Origin: Candidatus Campbellbacteria bacterium GW2011_OD1_34_28
GTDB taxonomy: Bacteria > Patescibacteriota > Minisyncoccia > Phycocordibacterales > UBA12079
Reading direction: 5' to 3'
Assembly (NCBI GenBank): GCA_001029775.1
Contig: CP011215.1
Coordinates: 426,303 to 490,302, forward strand
DNA length: 64,000 nucleotides
Shown here: positions 27,814 through 37,391 of the stretch, piece by piece
Numbering within the stretch: the stretch's first letter is position 1
Layout of the letters: the number at the start of each line of letters is the position of its first letter
Notes under the pieces: model-generated
Database searches by the model: none
Told to the model about the DNA's origin: nothing
Seen by the model: only the letters and a program-made list of their open reading frames with translations
Translations under genes and position numbers: made by a program

Positions 27814-29571
27814 ATGCAATCAAACGAAATACGACAAAGGTTTTTAAAATTTTTTGAAAAGAGAGGACATTCTATTATTCCTTCTGCTTCTTTAGTTCCC
27901 GAAAATGATCCTTCTGTACTTTTTAATACTGCTGGTATGCAACCGCTAGTACCGTATTTGTTAGGCGAAGAGCACCCTGCGGGAAAAATGATTGTTGATG
28001 CACAAAAATGTGTTAGAACAACAGACATTGAAGAAGTGGGTGACAATACTCACCTTACATTTTTTGAAATGCTAGGCAACTGGTCTTTAGGAGATTATTT
28101 CAAAAAAGATGCAATCAGTTGGTCTTATGAATTTTTGACTGATAAAAACGATGGGCTAGGACTTGATCCAAAAAAACTTTATGTAACTGTTTTTGAGGGG
28201 AACGATGATGCTCCGAGAGACGAAGAAGCATATTCAATTTGGAAAAATATTTTTGTTAATGCGGGACTAAATCCGGACGGACATATTTTCTTTATGTCTG
28301 CAGAATCAAATTGGTGGAGTCCAGGGGACAATGGACCATGTGGCCCTGATACCGAAATGTTTTATAGCACAGCGGGTGATTTGGGTGACTTAACAAAAGA
28401 AGAATTTATCAAAGCAGATGATGAACAAAAAATCGTTGAAATTTGGAACGATGTGTTTATGGAATATGAAAAAAAAGATGGGAAAGTAATTGGAAAATTG
28501 AAACAACACAATGTTGATACGGGAGCGGGATTGGAGAGGCTGGCAACCATGTTGCAGGGTAAGACAAATGTTTACGAGACAGATGGATTCAAAAGTATAA
28601 TGAACCAGACTAAACAGGTCTCCTCAGACAAAAAATCTCAAAGAATTATTGCCGATCATTTGAGAACTTCTGTTTTTATTATTGCTGACGGTGTATTACC
28701 AGATAATCATGATCAAGGTTATGTCTTGAGAAGAATTTTGAGAAGAGCTATCTTAAAGACTGATAATAAAGAAATAAATGCAGGAAATGTTTCAACCCTT
28801 GTAGATTCAGTCGTTGATTATTATGGAGGTTTTTATAAAAATTTATCTGATAAGAGAGCGGAAATAAAACAAATAATCGAAAAAGAAAATGAAAAATTTT
28901 CAAAAACTTTGTCTCAAGGTTTAAAACAGTTGGAAAAAATTTCAGGGGATATCTCAGGAAAAGATGCTTTTGTTTTATCTGCTACTTATGGTTTTCCTAT
29001 TGAAATAACAGAAGAAATTGCAAAAGAAAAAGGTGTGTTTATTGATATAAAAGGATACGAAGAAGAAATGAAAAAACATCAAGAACTTTCAAAGACAGCT
29101 TCGGCGGGTAAATTTAAAGGAGGTCTTGCAGGTGACGATGAAAATTCTACAAAATTACATACTGCTACTCATATGTTGCATCAAGCATTGCGACAAGTTC
29201 TGGGCGATCATGTCGTTCAAAAAGGAAGTAACATTACACCAGACAGACTAAGGTTTGATTTTTCTCATTCTGATAAAATGACTGACGAAGAAAAACAGAA
29301 AGTAGAAAATATTGTAAACGAACAAATTCAAAAACATTTGGATGTAAAAATGCAAGAAATGTCTGTGAGTGAAGCAAAAGAAAAAGGAGCGCTAGGTGTA
29401 TTTGATGAAAAATACGGAGAGAAAGTAAAAGTTTACTCTGTTGGTTCATTTAGCAAAGAAATTTGTGGAGGACCTCACATAAAAAATACAAGCGAGTTGG
29501 GAGTTTTCAAAATCAAAAAAGAAGAAGCTAGCTCGGCTGGCGTGCGTCGTATAAAAGCGATATTAGAGTAG
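27814..29571 (+). CDS. alaS: Alanine--tRNA ligase (short form without C-Ala domain)
   Basis: DPSVLFNTAGMQP, HLTFFEMLGNWSLGDYFK, GPCGPDTE, VDTGAGLER, editing motifs HTATH and EICGGPH. Confidence 0.96.
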   Translation: MQSNEIRQRFLKFFEKRGHSIIPSASLVPENDPSVLFNTAGMQPLVPYLLGEEHPAGKMIVDAQKCVRTTDIEEVGDNTHLTFFEMLGNWSLGDYFKKDAISWSYEFLTDKNDGLGLDPKKLYVTVFEGNDDAPRDEEAYSIWKNIFVNAGLNPDGHIFFMSAESNWWSPGDNGPCGPDTEMFYSTAGDLGDLTKEEFIKADDEQKIVEIWNDVFMEYEKKDGKVIGKLKQHNVDTGAGLERLATMLQGKTNVYETDGFKSIMNQTKQVSSDKKSQRIIADHLRTSVFIIADGVLPDNHDQGYVLRRILRRAILKTDNKEINAGNVSTLVDSVVDYYGGFYKNLSDKRAEIKQIIEKENEKFSKTLSQGLKQLEKISGDISGKDAFVLSATYGFPIEITEEIAKEKGVFIDIKGYEEEMKKHQELSKTASAGKFKGGLAGDDENSTKLHTATHMLHQALRQVLGDHVVQKGSNITPDRLRFDFSHSDKMTDEEKQKVENIVNEQIQKHLDVKMQEMSVSEAKEKGALGVFDEKYGEKVKVYSVGSFSKEICGGPHIKNTSELGVFKIKKEEASSAGVRRIKAILE

Positions 29572-29660
29572 AAAGGGGTAAGGTATAAGGTGTAAGTATA
29601 AAAAATTTCCACAAAATTCTACTTTCTACTTTCTACTTTCTCCTTTATACTATTATATGT

Positions 29661-30875
29661 ATGTCGCTATTTTCGTTTTCAAAAAATAAAACAGAAGAAG
29701 AAGGGGTTGTTTTGGTTTTTGATATTGGGAGTGCCAGTGTTGGTGGCGCTCTTGTTTCTCTTCGTAAAAATAAAAAACCAAAAATTCTCTACAATGTACG
29801 AAAATCAATGGCCTTTAAAGAGGATTTAGATATAAACAAATTTACCGCTTCTATGATCAGAACTCTTAGTTCTGTTGTCGCTGATGTTGAAAGAAAAGGA
29901 ATATCGCATCTCAATTTTAGGAGTTTAAAAAACAAAGAAATAAGAGACGCTTTTTGTTTCTTTTCTTCTCCTTGGTATATTTCACAAACTCAAGTTGTTA
30001 AGTTGGAAGAAAAAGAAAAATTTTTTATTACCAATGAGATGATAAAAGATATTTTAGAGAAAGAAAAATCTGATTTTATAAAAAATAATGAGAAATTCTT
30101 TGGTGACGGTAGTGATGTTGAATTTATGGACAGTAAAGTCATTCAGGTCAGATTGAATGGTTACAGAGTAGAAGATCCTTTCAAGAAAAAAACGAATCAT
30201 GCAGAGGTAGTAGTATATCTAAGTTTAATTTCGTCTGATGTAGAAGAAAAAGTAAAACAAGTTATCGCAAAACCTTTTCACCTGGATAATATTTATTCTC
30301 ACTCGTTTACCTTAGCAGGATTTTTGTCACTGAGGGATATTTTTGAATTTGAAGACGATTTTGTTTTTTTGGATATAAGTGGAGAGGTAACCGATGTTTC
30401 TTTTGTTAAAAACGATTCTTTACGAGAAACCGAAACTTTTCCAGTCGGGCGAAATGCATTTATTCGCGAAATATTGAAAGATTTTAAAACAAATTATAGC
30501 AGTGCTGTTTCCATGATCAATGTTTATAAAGCGGGAAATATTGACTCGGACAATTCAAAAAAGATAGAAGCATCTTTGAACAAGGTCAGAAAGAGTTGGG
30601 TTAAGTATCTGGAAAATTCTATGTTTGAACTTTCTCATGGAGCAATTTTACCAAGAACTATTTTTGTAATTGCAGATGAGGATCTTGGAGAGATTTTGAT
30701 AAATATAATTCAAGAAGAAAAATTTACTAAATTGGTTTTTCCTGATTACAACAAATCAACAAATCCAATTTTGATAAAACCAGATATAATGGGGAAAATT
30801 TGTGATATTGAAAATGATGTAGAAAAAGACATATTTATCATTATGGAAGCTGTTTTCATCAATAGATTGATTTAA
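29661..30875 (+). CDS. Divergent actin-fold (FtsA/PilM-like) protein
   Basis: Phosphate-1-like VFDIGSASVGG and phosphate-2-like FLDISGEVTDVS..FPVGRN. Confidence 0.65.
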   Translation: MSLFSFSKNKTEEEGVVLVFDIGSASVGGALVSLRKNKKPKILYNVRKSMAFKEDLDINKFTASMIRTLSSVVADVERKGISHLNFRSLKNKEIRDAFCFFSSPWYISQTQVVKLEEKEKFFITNEMIKDILEKEKSDFIKNNEKFFGDGSDVEFMDSKVIQVRLNGYRVEDPFKKKTNHAEVVVYLSLISSDVEEKVKQVIAKPFHLDNIYSHSFTLAGFLSLRDIFEFEDDFVFLDISGEVTDVSFVKNDSLRETETFPVGRNAFIREILKDFKTNYSSAVSMINVYKAGNIDSDNSKKIEASLNKVRKSWVKYLENSMFELSHGAILPRTIFVIADEDLGEILINIIQEEKFTKLVFPDYNKSTNPILIKPDIMGKICDIENDVEKDIFIIMEAVFINRLI

Positions 30876-30951
30876 TCAGAAAAAGTTAGAGTTATGTTGT
30901 TGTTTGTGATATATTATTAACATTAAAGAGTAATTAATTTCTATTTTTATT

Positions 30952-32355
30952 ATGAAAAAAAATGTCTTGCAAGATGTGATGCCCCCAAGAAAAAGATCAA
31001 TCAGGGATATTCCAATAGGCCACAAAAGAAGAGGGTCTTTGGAATATAAATCTGACGATATGATCGAAAGTAAACCTGTTGAGCAGGTTTACAAATTGAA
31101 TAATTCTCTTGACATCCGTCCTAGAAAAATAGAAATTCCAGAAGAAGAAGATCACAATAATGATGTTTTTGACAATGATAAAAAGAATAATGTTTCGAGA
31201 GGTTTAAAAGCAAAGTGGTGGCTAATTGTTCTGGCTTTTGTTGCCATTTTAGCGTTTTTATTTTCGGCAATTTTCTCTGGAGCAGAAATAGTTATTTATC
31301 CAAAACAGGAAAAAGTTAATTTCCAACTAGATTTAACTGCGATAAAAGAAGGGGTTCAAACAGAAATTCCAGGTGTTTTGTTTAAAACGGTTACTATCAC
31401 ATCGGAAGGATCAAAGACAACTAAAAATTTCACAGAAAAAGAGGTTGCGAAAAAAGCATCAGGAGAGATCGTTATTTTCAATGAATATGATTCGGCTCCA
31501 CAAAGATTGGTCATCAATACAAGATTTGAGTCTTCTGACGGACTAATTTATAGAATACCAAAATCAATTACCGTTCCAGGAAAAAAAATCGGATCTGATG
31601 GAAAAGTTACCCCTGGAAGTATCCAAGTTACCGTTTATGCCGATGCTGTTGGAGAAGAATACAATATTGGATTGTCAGATTTTACAGTTCCTGGTTTCAA
31701 AGGGACTGACAGATTTAGCAAGTTTTATGCAAGATCAAAGACCTCAATGTCAGGAGGATTTTCAGGTATGATGAAAGTTGTGGCTGATACAGAGCTAGAA
31801 GGTATGACTACAGAAATAAAAACAAATTTGGAAAAAGATTTGAAGACTCAGATTTATTCTCAAATTCCAGAAGGCTTTGTTTTGTATGATGAGGGAATAT
31901 TCTTTGATTTTGAACCTCAAAATAATGTTGAAGAAGGAGATTCTGTAAAGGTTGTTCAAAAAGGAACATTGACCGCTGTTATTTTCGATAAAAACGTTTT
32001 AAGTAATTTTATTGCTCAAAATGTTATCGATAATTTGGGTGGGGGAACAGTAGAAATTGTTAATATAGAAGATTTAAAATTTACTCTTCCTGAAAAAGAT
32101 TATATAAATATTTCTGGCGGAGATACATTTGATTTTGATTTGGAAGGAGATGCTCATTTTGCATGGGTGTTTGATGAAAATAAATTAAAAACAGATCTCG
32201 CTGGAAAACCGAAAAAGCAAATAGAATCTATTTTGTCTCAGTACGATGGTATAGATAATATTGCCGTTATTCTAAGACCTTTCTGGAAAAGAAGTTTGCC
32301 AAGCAGTGTTGAAAGAATAAAAATTACTAGAAATTTGGAAGAGAAAGTTAATTAA
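30952..32355 (+). CDS. Single-pass membrane protein with an extracellular baseplate J/gp47-like domain
   Basis: TM WWLIVLAFVAILAFLFSAIF; KKASGEIVIFN..TRFESSDGLIYRI..VTVYADAVGEEYNIG..SMSGG (family resemblance from memory). Confidence 0.6.
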   Translation: MKKNVLQDVMPPRKRSIRDIPIGHKRRGSLEYKSDDMIESKPVEQVYKLNNSLDIRPRKIEIPEEEDHNNDVFDNDKKNNVSRGLKAKWWLIVLAFVAILAFLFSAIFSGAEIVIYPKQEKVNFQLDLTAIKEGVQTEIPGVLFKTVTITSEGSKTTKNFTEKEVAKKASGEIVIFNEYDSAPQRLVINTRFESSDGLIYRIPKSITVPGKKIGSDGKVTPGSIQVTVYADAVGEEYNIGLSDFTVPGFKGTDRFSKFYARSKTSMSGGFSGMMKVVADTELEGMTTEIKTNLEKDLKTQIYSQIPEGFVLYDEGIFFDFEPQNNVEEGDSVKVVQKGTLTAVIFDKNVLSNFIAQNVIDNLGGGTVEIVNIEDLKFTLPEKDYINISGGDTFDFDLEGDAHFAWVFDENKLKTDLAGKPKKQIESILSQYDGIDNIAVILRPFWKRSLPSSVERIKITRNLEEKVN

Positions 32356-32445
32356 AAGCTTATAAAATTGAATAAAAACGGATTTACCGATTTTTCTTGC
32401 TAAATACAAGATATTTTGGTAGTATTGTTCCGTATTGATTTGCAG

Positions 32446-32667
32446 ATGAATAATAATAACGAAAAAGAATTAATTGTAACCGGTGTTGTCGTAGAGGCTC
32501 TGCCAAACGCGATGTTTCGCGTTGATTTAGATAACGACGGTGGAGAAATGTTGTCATTTTTGTCTGGAAAGATGAGAATGCACAGAATCAGAGTCTTGGT
32601 GGGTGATAAAGTGTCCATCAAAACAGATCCTTACGGCGGTAAAGGTAGAATCATAAAAAGAATGTAA
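32446..32667 (+). CDS. infA: Translation initiation factor IF-1
   Basis: [34 protein letters not shown]. Confidence 0.95.
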   Translation: MNNNNEKELIVTGVVVEALPNAMFRVDLDNDGGEMLSFLSGKMRMHRIRVLVGDKVSIKTDPYGGKGRIIKRM

Positions 32668-32760
32668 TTGTGGTTTATATATGGTTTCAGTAAAAACCAA
32701 TATCATCATTGGTGTTGGGGTTTACATTTTTAATATAAATTGATATATTAGTTGAGCAAA

Positions 32761-32874
32761 ATGAAAATCAAGTCTTCAGTAAAAAAAATATGTATAAAAT
32801 GTAAAAGCGTCCGCAGAAAGGGACGTTTGCATATTATCTGTGAGAATCCAAAGCATAAGCAAAGACAAGGCTAA
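32761..32874 (+). CDS. rpmJ: 50S ribosomal protein L36 (not in the ORF track)
   Basis: Manual translation [37 protein letters not shown]. Confidence 0.96.
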   Translation: MKIKSSVKKICIKCKSVRRKGRLHIICENPKHKQRQG

Positions 32875-32917
32875 TTAAAAATTTAAATATTTAAACATTT
32901 AAATATAAACAAATACT

Positions 32918-33298
32918 ATGAGAATTTTAGGAATAACAATACCAGACGAAAAGAGATTAGAGATAGGGTTAACAGCCCTTTTTGGTGTTGGTAGATCTCG
33001 TGCTCAAAAAGTTTTGGATAAAGCAAAGATTGATCACGGAAAAAAAGCAAAAGATCTTTCAGTAGATGAAGAAAACAAAATCAGAGAGATCCTAGAATCA
33101 TACAAAATAGAAGGTGATTTAAAAAGAGAAGTTTCAGGAAATGTTAAAAGACTGAAAGATATCATGTCATACAGAGGTTCAAGACACGCAAAGAAATTAC
33201 CTGTTCACGGACAATCTACAAAAACAAATTCAAGAACAGTTAGAGGAAATGTTAGAAAGACTATGGGATCGGGTAGAACAAAAGTAGACAAAAAATAA
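32918..33298 (+). CDS. rpsM: 30S ribosomal protein S13
   Basis: RILGITIP..GLTALFGVG..SYRGSRHAKKLPVHGQSTKTNSRT. Confidence 0.96.
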   Translation: MRILGITIPDEKRLEIGLTALFGVGRSRAQKVLDKAKIDHGKKAKDLSVDEENKIREILESYKIEGDLKREVSGNVKRLKDIMSYRGSRHAKKLPVHGQSTKTNSRTVRGNVRKTMGSGRTKVDKK

Positions 33299-33374
33299 TA
33301 ATTCCAAAATTGACGACCTTTGCTTTCATTTTTAAAAAAAAATGAAAGCGAATCTCATTCAATTTTGAAATTAT
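33298..33374. repeat. Short version of the REP-like rod element, copy C
   Basis: taattccaaaattga ... tcaattttgaaatta, same termini as copies B and D. Confidence 0.75.
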
Positions 33375-33402
33375 TTGAATTTTAATAAAATTAAAATCAA
33401 TT

Positions 33403-33837
33403 ATGGGAAAAAAGAGAGTAGTTAAAAAAACAGGTGGTGAGAAAGCGTCTGGAACAAAGACGGCTTCTAAAGTTTCAAAGAAGAGATTTGCTTCGGGTAC
33501 TTTGCATATCCAATCAACATACAACAACACAAGAGTTTCTTTGACTGACAAAGACGGAAACTTGCTAGCATCTTCTTCTTGTGGAGCATTGGGATTTAAA
33601 GGAGCAAAGAAAGGAACACCATTTGCTGCAGCAAAGGCTGGAGAATTGATTGGTGATAAGGCATTAAATGTTGGAATCAAAGAGGTAAATGTTATCGTAA
33701 AGGGAGTAGGTGCTGGAAGAGAATCAGCTATCAGAGGTTTTTTGTCTACAAGCGGAAATGCAGAATTATCAGCTATTAAAGATGTTACTCCGGTTCCTCA
33801 CAATGGTCCAAAGCCAAAGAAACCAAGAAGAGTCTAA
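33403..33837 (+). CDS. rpsK: 30S ribosomal protein S11
   Basis: HIQSTYNNT, GFKGAKKGTPFAA, DVTPVPHNG. Confidence 0.97.
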   Translation: MGKKRVVKKTGGEKASGTKTASKVSKKRFASGTLHIQSTYNNTRVSLTDKDGNLLASSSCGALGFKGAKKGTPFAAAKAGELIGDKALNVGIKEVNVIVKGVGAGRESAIRGFLSTSGNAELSAIKDVTPVPHNGPKPKKPRRV

Positions 33838-33859
33838 AAACTAATAACTACTAACTAAT

Positions 33860-34468
33860 ATGAGCAGAATCAAAAAATATAAAATAGGAAGAAGATTAGG
33901 CGCTGGGGTTTATGAACAATGTCAAACCCAGAAGTTTGCTTTGTCTGAACAAAAAAGAGGCGGAGGAAAAAGAATGACAAAAAGAAAACAAGTTTCAGAT
34001 TATGGAGCTCAGTTGATTGAAAAACAAAAAGTTAGATTTTCATACGGAATAAGAGAAAAGCAGTTGCAAAAATATGTTAAAGATGCGATGTCCAGAAAAG
34101 GAAGTCACGCGGATCACTTGTTTGAAGTTGTTGAAATGAGACTTGATAATACTGTGTACAGATTGGGCTTGGCAGAAACAAGAGCAAAGGCAAGACAAAT
34201 GGTTTCTCATGGTCATATTACAGTAAACGGAAAAAGATTAAATATCCCTTCATACAAAGTTTCTGCAGGAGAAATTGTTGGTATCAGAGCACAAAGTCAA
34301 AACAAAGGTTTGTTTGAGAATTTGGAAGAAAAGATAAAAGATACAAAAACTCCAAATTGGTTATCATTTGACATTAAAAAGAAGGAAGGAAAAGTTGTTG
34401 GAGTTCCAAAAATTGGAACAGCCGAATTCTTTGATTTAGCAGCCGTTTTTGAATACTATAGCCGATAG
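33860..34468 (+). CDS. rpsD: 30S ribosomal protein S4
   Basis: SDYGAQLIEKQKVR, EMRLDNTVYRLG, ARQMVSHGHITVNG. Confidence 0.96.
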   Translation: MSRIKKYKIGRRLGAGVYEQCQTQKFALSEQKRGGGKRMTKRKQVSDYGAQLIEKQKVRFSYGIREKQLQKYVKDAMSRKGSHADHLFEVVEMRLDNTVYRLGLAETRAKARQMVSHGHITVNGKRLNIPSYKVSAGEIVGIRAQSQNKGLFENLEEKIKDTKTPNWLSFDIKKKEGKVVGVPKIGTAEFFDLAAVFEYYSR

Positions 34469-34546
34469 TAGTGGATAGACTATTGCAAACTTGCAAAAAA
34501 TGTAGTATATTTTTATCAATTTTATTAAGTTTTTATTTTTTTCTCT

Positions 34547-35512
34547 ATGTCTGACTACAATATTTTAGTGCCTTCAAAGCCAAGGGTAGTTGAAGATGGC
34601 CAATTTAAAGGCGTATACGAAATAGACGGTCTTTATCCTGGATATGGATATACGCTAGGTAATTCTTTGAGAAGAATTATTTTGTCGTCTCTGCCTGGTG
34701 CTGCAATAACATCGGTTAAAATTGCTGGTGTTGATCACGAGTTTTCTACTATTAGTGGTGTAAAAGAAGATGTTATTAACATCATTTTAAATTTAAAGAA
34801 AGTAAGAATCAAATTGCTTACAGACGAACCTCAAGAAATTAGATTGAAGGTTAAGGGTGTTAAAGATGTAACAGCAAAAGATATAGAAATTCCAGGACAA
34901 GCAGAAATTCTTAATCCTGATCAGCATATTGCTTCTGTCACAGACAAAAATACAACACTTGAAATCAGTATGATCGTTGTAAAAGGTTTGGGATATATTC
35001 CAAAAGAAGAATTGCAAAAAGATAAAGTTGAAATTGGTTCAATCGCTTTGGACGCATACTTTACTCCTATCAGAAGAGTAAGTTATGAAGTTGAAAATAT
35101 GCGTGTTGGAGACAGAACAGACTTTAACAGATTGAGAATCTTTATTGAAACAGACGGAATGATAACAGCAAAAGAAGCTTTGGAAAATTCTATTGATATA
35201 ATGATAAGACAACTAAAAGCAATCGTTGGATTCAAAGAAGAAGAGGTTGTTGAAGAAAAACAAGAAGATAGCTCAGAAGATAAAGAAGATTCAAAAGACT
35301 CAGAAGATACAGAATTTTTGAAGACAAGAGTTGAAACTTTGGATCTATCAGCAAGAACAATGAATGCACTTGATTCAGCAAACATCAGAACAGTCGGAGG
35401 GTTGGCAAGAAAGAAAGAAGAAGATTTGTTAGCAATTGACGGATTGGGAGGAAAAGGTTTGCAAGAAATCAAAAGAGCATTAAGCAATTTTGGAATCACA
35501 CTAAAGAGTTAA
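34547..35512 (+). CDS. rpoA: RNA polymerase alpha subunit
   Basis: GYGYTLGNSLRRIILSSLPG, HEFSTISGVKEDV, VENMRVG, CTD LDLSARTMNAL. Confidence 0.97.
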   Translation: MSDYNILVPSKPRVVEDGQFKGVYEIDGLYPGYGYTLGNSLRRIILSSLPGAAITSVKIAGVDHEFSTISGVKEDVINIILNLKKVRIKLLTDEPQEIRLKVKGVKDVTAKDIEIPGQAEILNPDQHIASVTDKNTTLEISMIVVKGLGYIPKEELQKDKVEIGSIALDAYFTPIRRVSYEVENMRVGDRTDFNRLRIFIETDGMITAKEALENSIDIMIRQLKAIVGFKEEEVVEEKQEDSSEDKEDSKDSEDTEFLKTRVETLDLSARTMNALDSANIRTVGGLARKKEEDLLAIDGLGGKGLQEIKRALSNFGITLKS

Positions 35513-35549
35513 AAAGTTTGTAAAGTTAAAAGTTTGTAAAGACAGAAAC

Positions 35550-35906
35550 ATGAAACATCATAATTCAACAAGAAAATTAGGAAGAGTAAGTAAGCAAAGA
35601 ACAGCTTTGTTAAGGTCTTTGGCTATCTCATTTATTATTCACGGAAAGATAAAAACAACTACCGCAAAGGCTAAAGAATTGAGACCTTTCGTTGAAAAAA
35701 TAATTACAAAAGGAAAAACAGATTCTGTTGCTTCAAAAAGATTGGTTCTATCAAAATTGGGTAGTGGGGGGGATGAAGCAATGAAAGAGGTTTTTGAAAA
35801 AATTTCACCAAAATATAAAGAAAGAGAAGGCGGTTATACAAGAATCGTAAAAGTAGCAAGCAGAGTGGGGGATGGGAGTCAGATGTCAATTATTGAGTTT
35901 GTATAA
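35550..35906 (+). CDS. rplQ: 50S ribosomal protein L17
   Basis: RKLGR..IKTTTAKAKELRPFVEKIIT..REGGYTRIVK. Confidence 0.97.
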   Translation: MKHHNSTRKLGRVSKQRTALLRSLAISFIIHGKIKTTTAKAKELRPFVEKIITKGKTDSVASKRLVLSKLGSGGDEAMKEVFEKISPKYKEREGGYTRIVKVASRVGDGSQMSIIEFV

Positions 35907-36028
35907 AAAATTCCAAAATTGACGCATAACATCGTCGTCTTCACAAAAATTTTCTTCGCCTTATGTTGAATAAGGCTCAAAAAATTTTTGTTTGACTCCT
36001 TGTTCTGCATTCAATTTTGAAATTTTTT
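35905..36028. repeat. Long REP-like rod element, copy D
   Basis: aaattccaaaattga ... tcaattttgaaattt; covaries with copy B. Confidence 0.8.
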
Positions 36029-36122
36029 GTTGTTGCAATTAGTTAAAAAAGAGTTATAATTCAGGAGTCAAAAAAAGTTTAAAAATACTAAAAACTAATG
36101 ACTAAAAACTAAAAACTTATTT

Positions 36123-36467
36123 ATGGAGTACACAATCGATGCAAAAGGAAAAAAATTGGGAAGAATCGCAACTGAAGCGGCAACTTTGCTTATGGGAAAA
36201 AATTCACCCGATTTCAGTAGAAACACAGTAGCCGATGTAAAAGTAAATATCACCAACGCATCAAAATTGGATGCTGATGCAAAAAAAATGGATACAAAAC
36301 TTTACAATAGATACACAGGTTTTCCAGGAGGTTTGAGAACAGACAAAATGTCAAAAATCGTTGAGAAAAAAGGAATGGGAGAAATAATTAAAAAGGCTGT
36401 TCATGGAATGTTGCCTTCAAACAAGTTAAGAGCAATTATGATGAAAAATCTGATAATCAACGAATAA
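36123..36467 (+). CDS. rplM: 50S ribosomal protein L13
   Basis: IDAKGKKLGRIAT..LMGK..YTGFPGGL..AVHGMLP. Confidence 0.95.
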   Translation: MEYTIDAKGKKLGRIATEAATLLMGKNSPDFSRNTVADVKVNITNASKLDADAKKMDTKLYNRYTGFPGGLRTDKMSKIVEKKGMGEIIKKAVHGMLPSNKLRAIMMKNLIINE

Positions 36468-36473
36468 TAAATT

Positions 36474-36887
36474 ATGGTAAAAGACACAAACAAAAATAAA
36501 TATTACGAAGCTGTAGGAAGAAGAAAAACTGCTACTGCAAGAGTAAGACTAACAGAAGCCAAAGCAAATTCTTTTGTTATTAACAAAGACAAAGATTGCG
36601 ATTCTTATTTTGATACAAAAGAGTTGAGAGATATCGCACATGACGCTTTGATAAAATCAGAAGTTGCTACAAAATTTTCAGTTTCAGCCTTGATAAATGG
36701 AGGCGGAATCAATGGACAGGCAGAAGCCCTAAGACACGGAATTTCAAGAGCGCTTGTAAAATTTGATGAAAGTTCAAGAGGTAAATTGAAAAAAGAAGGT
36801 TTTCTAAAAAGAGATTCAAGAATGAAAGAAAGAAAGAAGCCGGGATTGAAGAAGGCTAGAAAAGCTCCTCAATGGTCAAAAAGATAA
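36474..36887 (+). CDS. rpsI: 30S ribosomal protein S9
   Basis: GRRKTATARV, GGGINGQAEALRHGISRAL, ERKKPGLKKARKAPQWSKR. Confidence 0.97.
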   Translation: MVKDTNKNKYYEAVGRRKTATARVRLTEAKANSFVINKDKDCDSYFDTKELRDIAHDALIKSEVATKFSVSALINGGGINGQAEALRHGISRALVKFDESSRGKLKKEGFLKRDSRMKERKKPGLKKARKAPQWSKR

Positions 36888-36925
36888 AAACAAAAAAACA
36901 CCCATCGGGTGTTTTTTTGTTTTTA
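36886..36925 (+). terminator. Terminator after rpsI
   Basis: aaaaacaaaaaaacaccc-atc-gggtgtttttttgtttt. Confidence 0.8.
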
Positions 36926-36988
36926 TCTTTTTGACCACAAGTAGTAAGGTATAAGGTATAAGGTGTAAGTAGACGAGAAATTTGAAAC

Positions 36989-37018
36989 AAAAAAACCGCG
37001 CCTTGGGGGGCGCGGTTT
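36989..37018 (-). terminator. Terminator of the 37027-37236 gene
   Basis: aaaaaaaccgcgcc-ttgggg-ggcgcggttt. Confidence 0.75.
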
Positions 37019-37026
37019 GAAATGAG

Positions 37027-37236
37027 TTAATCAGGGATTTTGATAAACTCAGGGGTATTTTTTACCCCAAGCTCTGCCAGTTTGGCGAGAGCCTGCGGTA
37101 TTGAGATATTTTCCTTTTGAGCCAGCCTCAGCATTACTTGACTGGTGTGTTTGGGGAAGTGAATTATTTCTCCACAAATGGGAATGCTCACCTTTCGCAC
37201 ATCGTCTAATGGCAAATCTATCTTGTCTTCCGCCAT
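37027..37236 (-). CDS. Small orphan protein (69 aa), possible ribbon-helix-helix
   Basis: SD GGAGG before ATG at 37236; IIHFPKHTSQVMLRLAQKENISIPQALAKLAELG fits a beta-alpha-alpha RHH pattern. Confidence 0.65.
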   Translation of the reverse strand: MAEDKIDLPLDDVRKVSIPICGEIIHFPKHTSQVMLRLAQKENISIPQALAKLAELGVKNTPEFIKIPD

Positions 37237-37287
37237 CGTATTTTCCTCCAAAATTTTTATAAGAGATAGAACATTTTGTCTTTGTAA

Positions 37288-37316
37288 ACTTTATAAGTTT
37301 TTATACTATCTGTCAA
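37288..37316 (-). promoter_or_regulatory. sigma70 promoter TTGACA-17-TAAAGT
   Basis: Reverse complement ttgaca gatagtataaaaactta taaagt. Confidence 0.65.
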
Positions 37317-37391
37317 GTTTTTTTAAACCCGAAATTTTGGTATGATTGGTGTGTTCGTTTACAAATTTTGTAAAAAAATCTATTTAAAAAT

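Noticed and set aside
27265-27819. ORFs 27265-27603, 27476-27781 and 27625-27819 with repeated peptides (GSRMQRPTRGFPRVF)
   Set aside because: By-products of the duplicated structured RNA; they run through terminators and lack credible starts.
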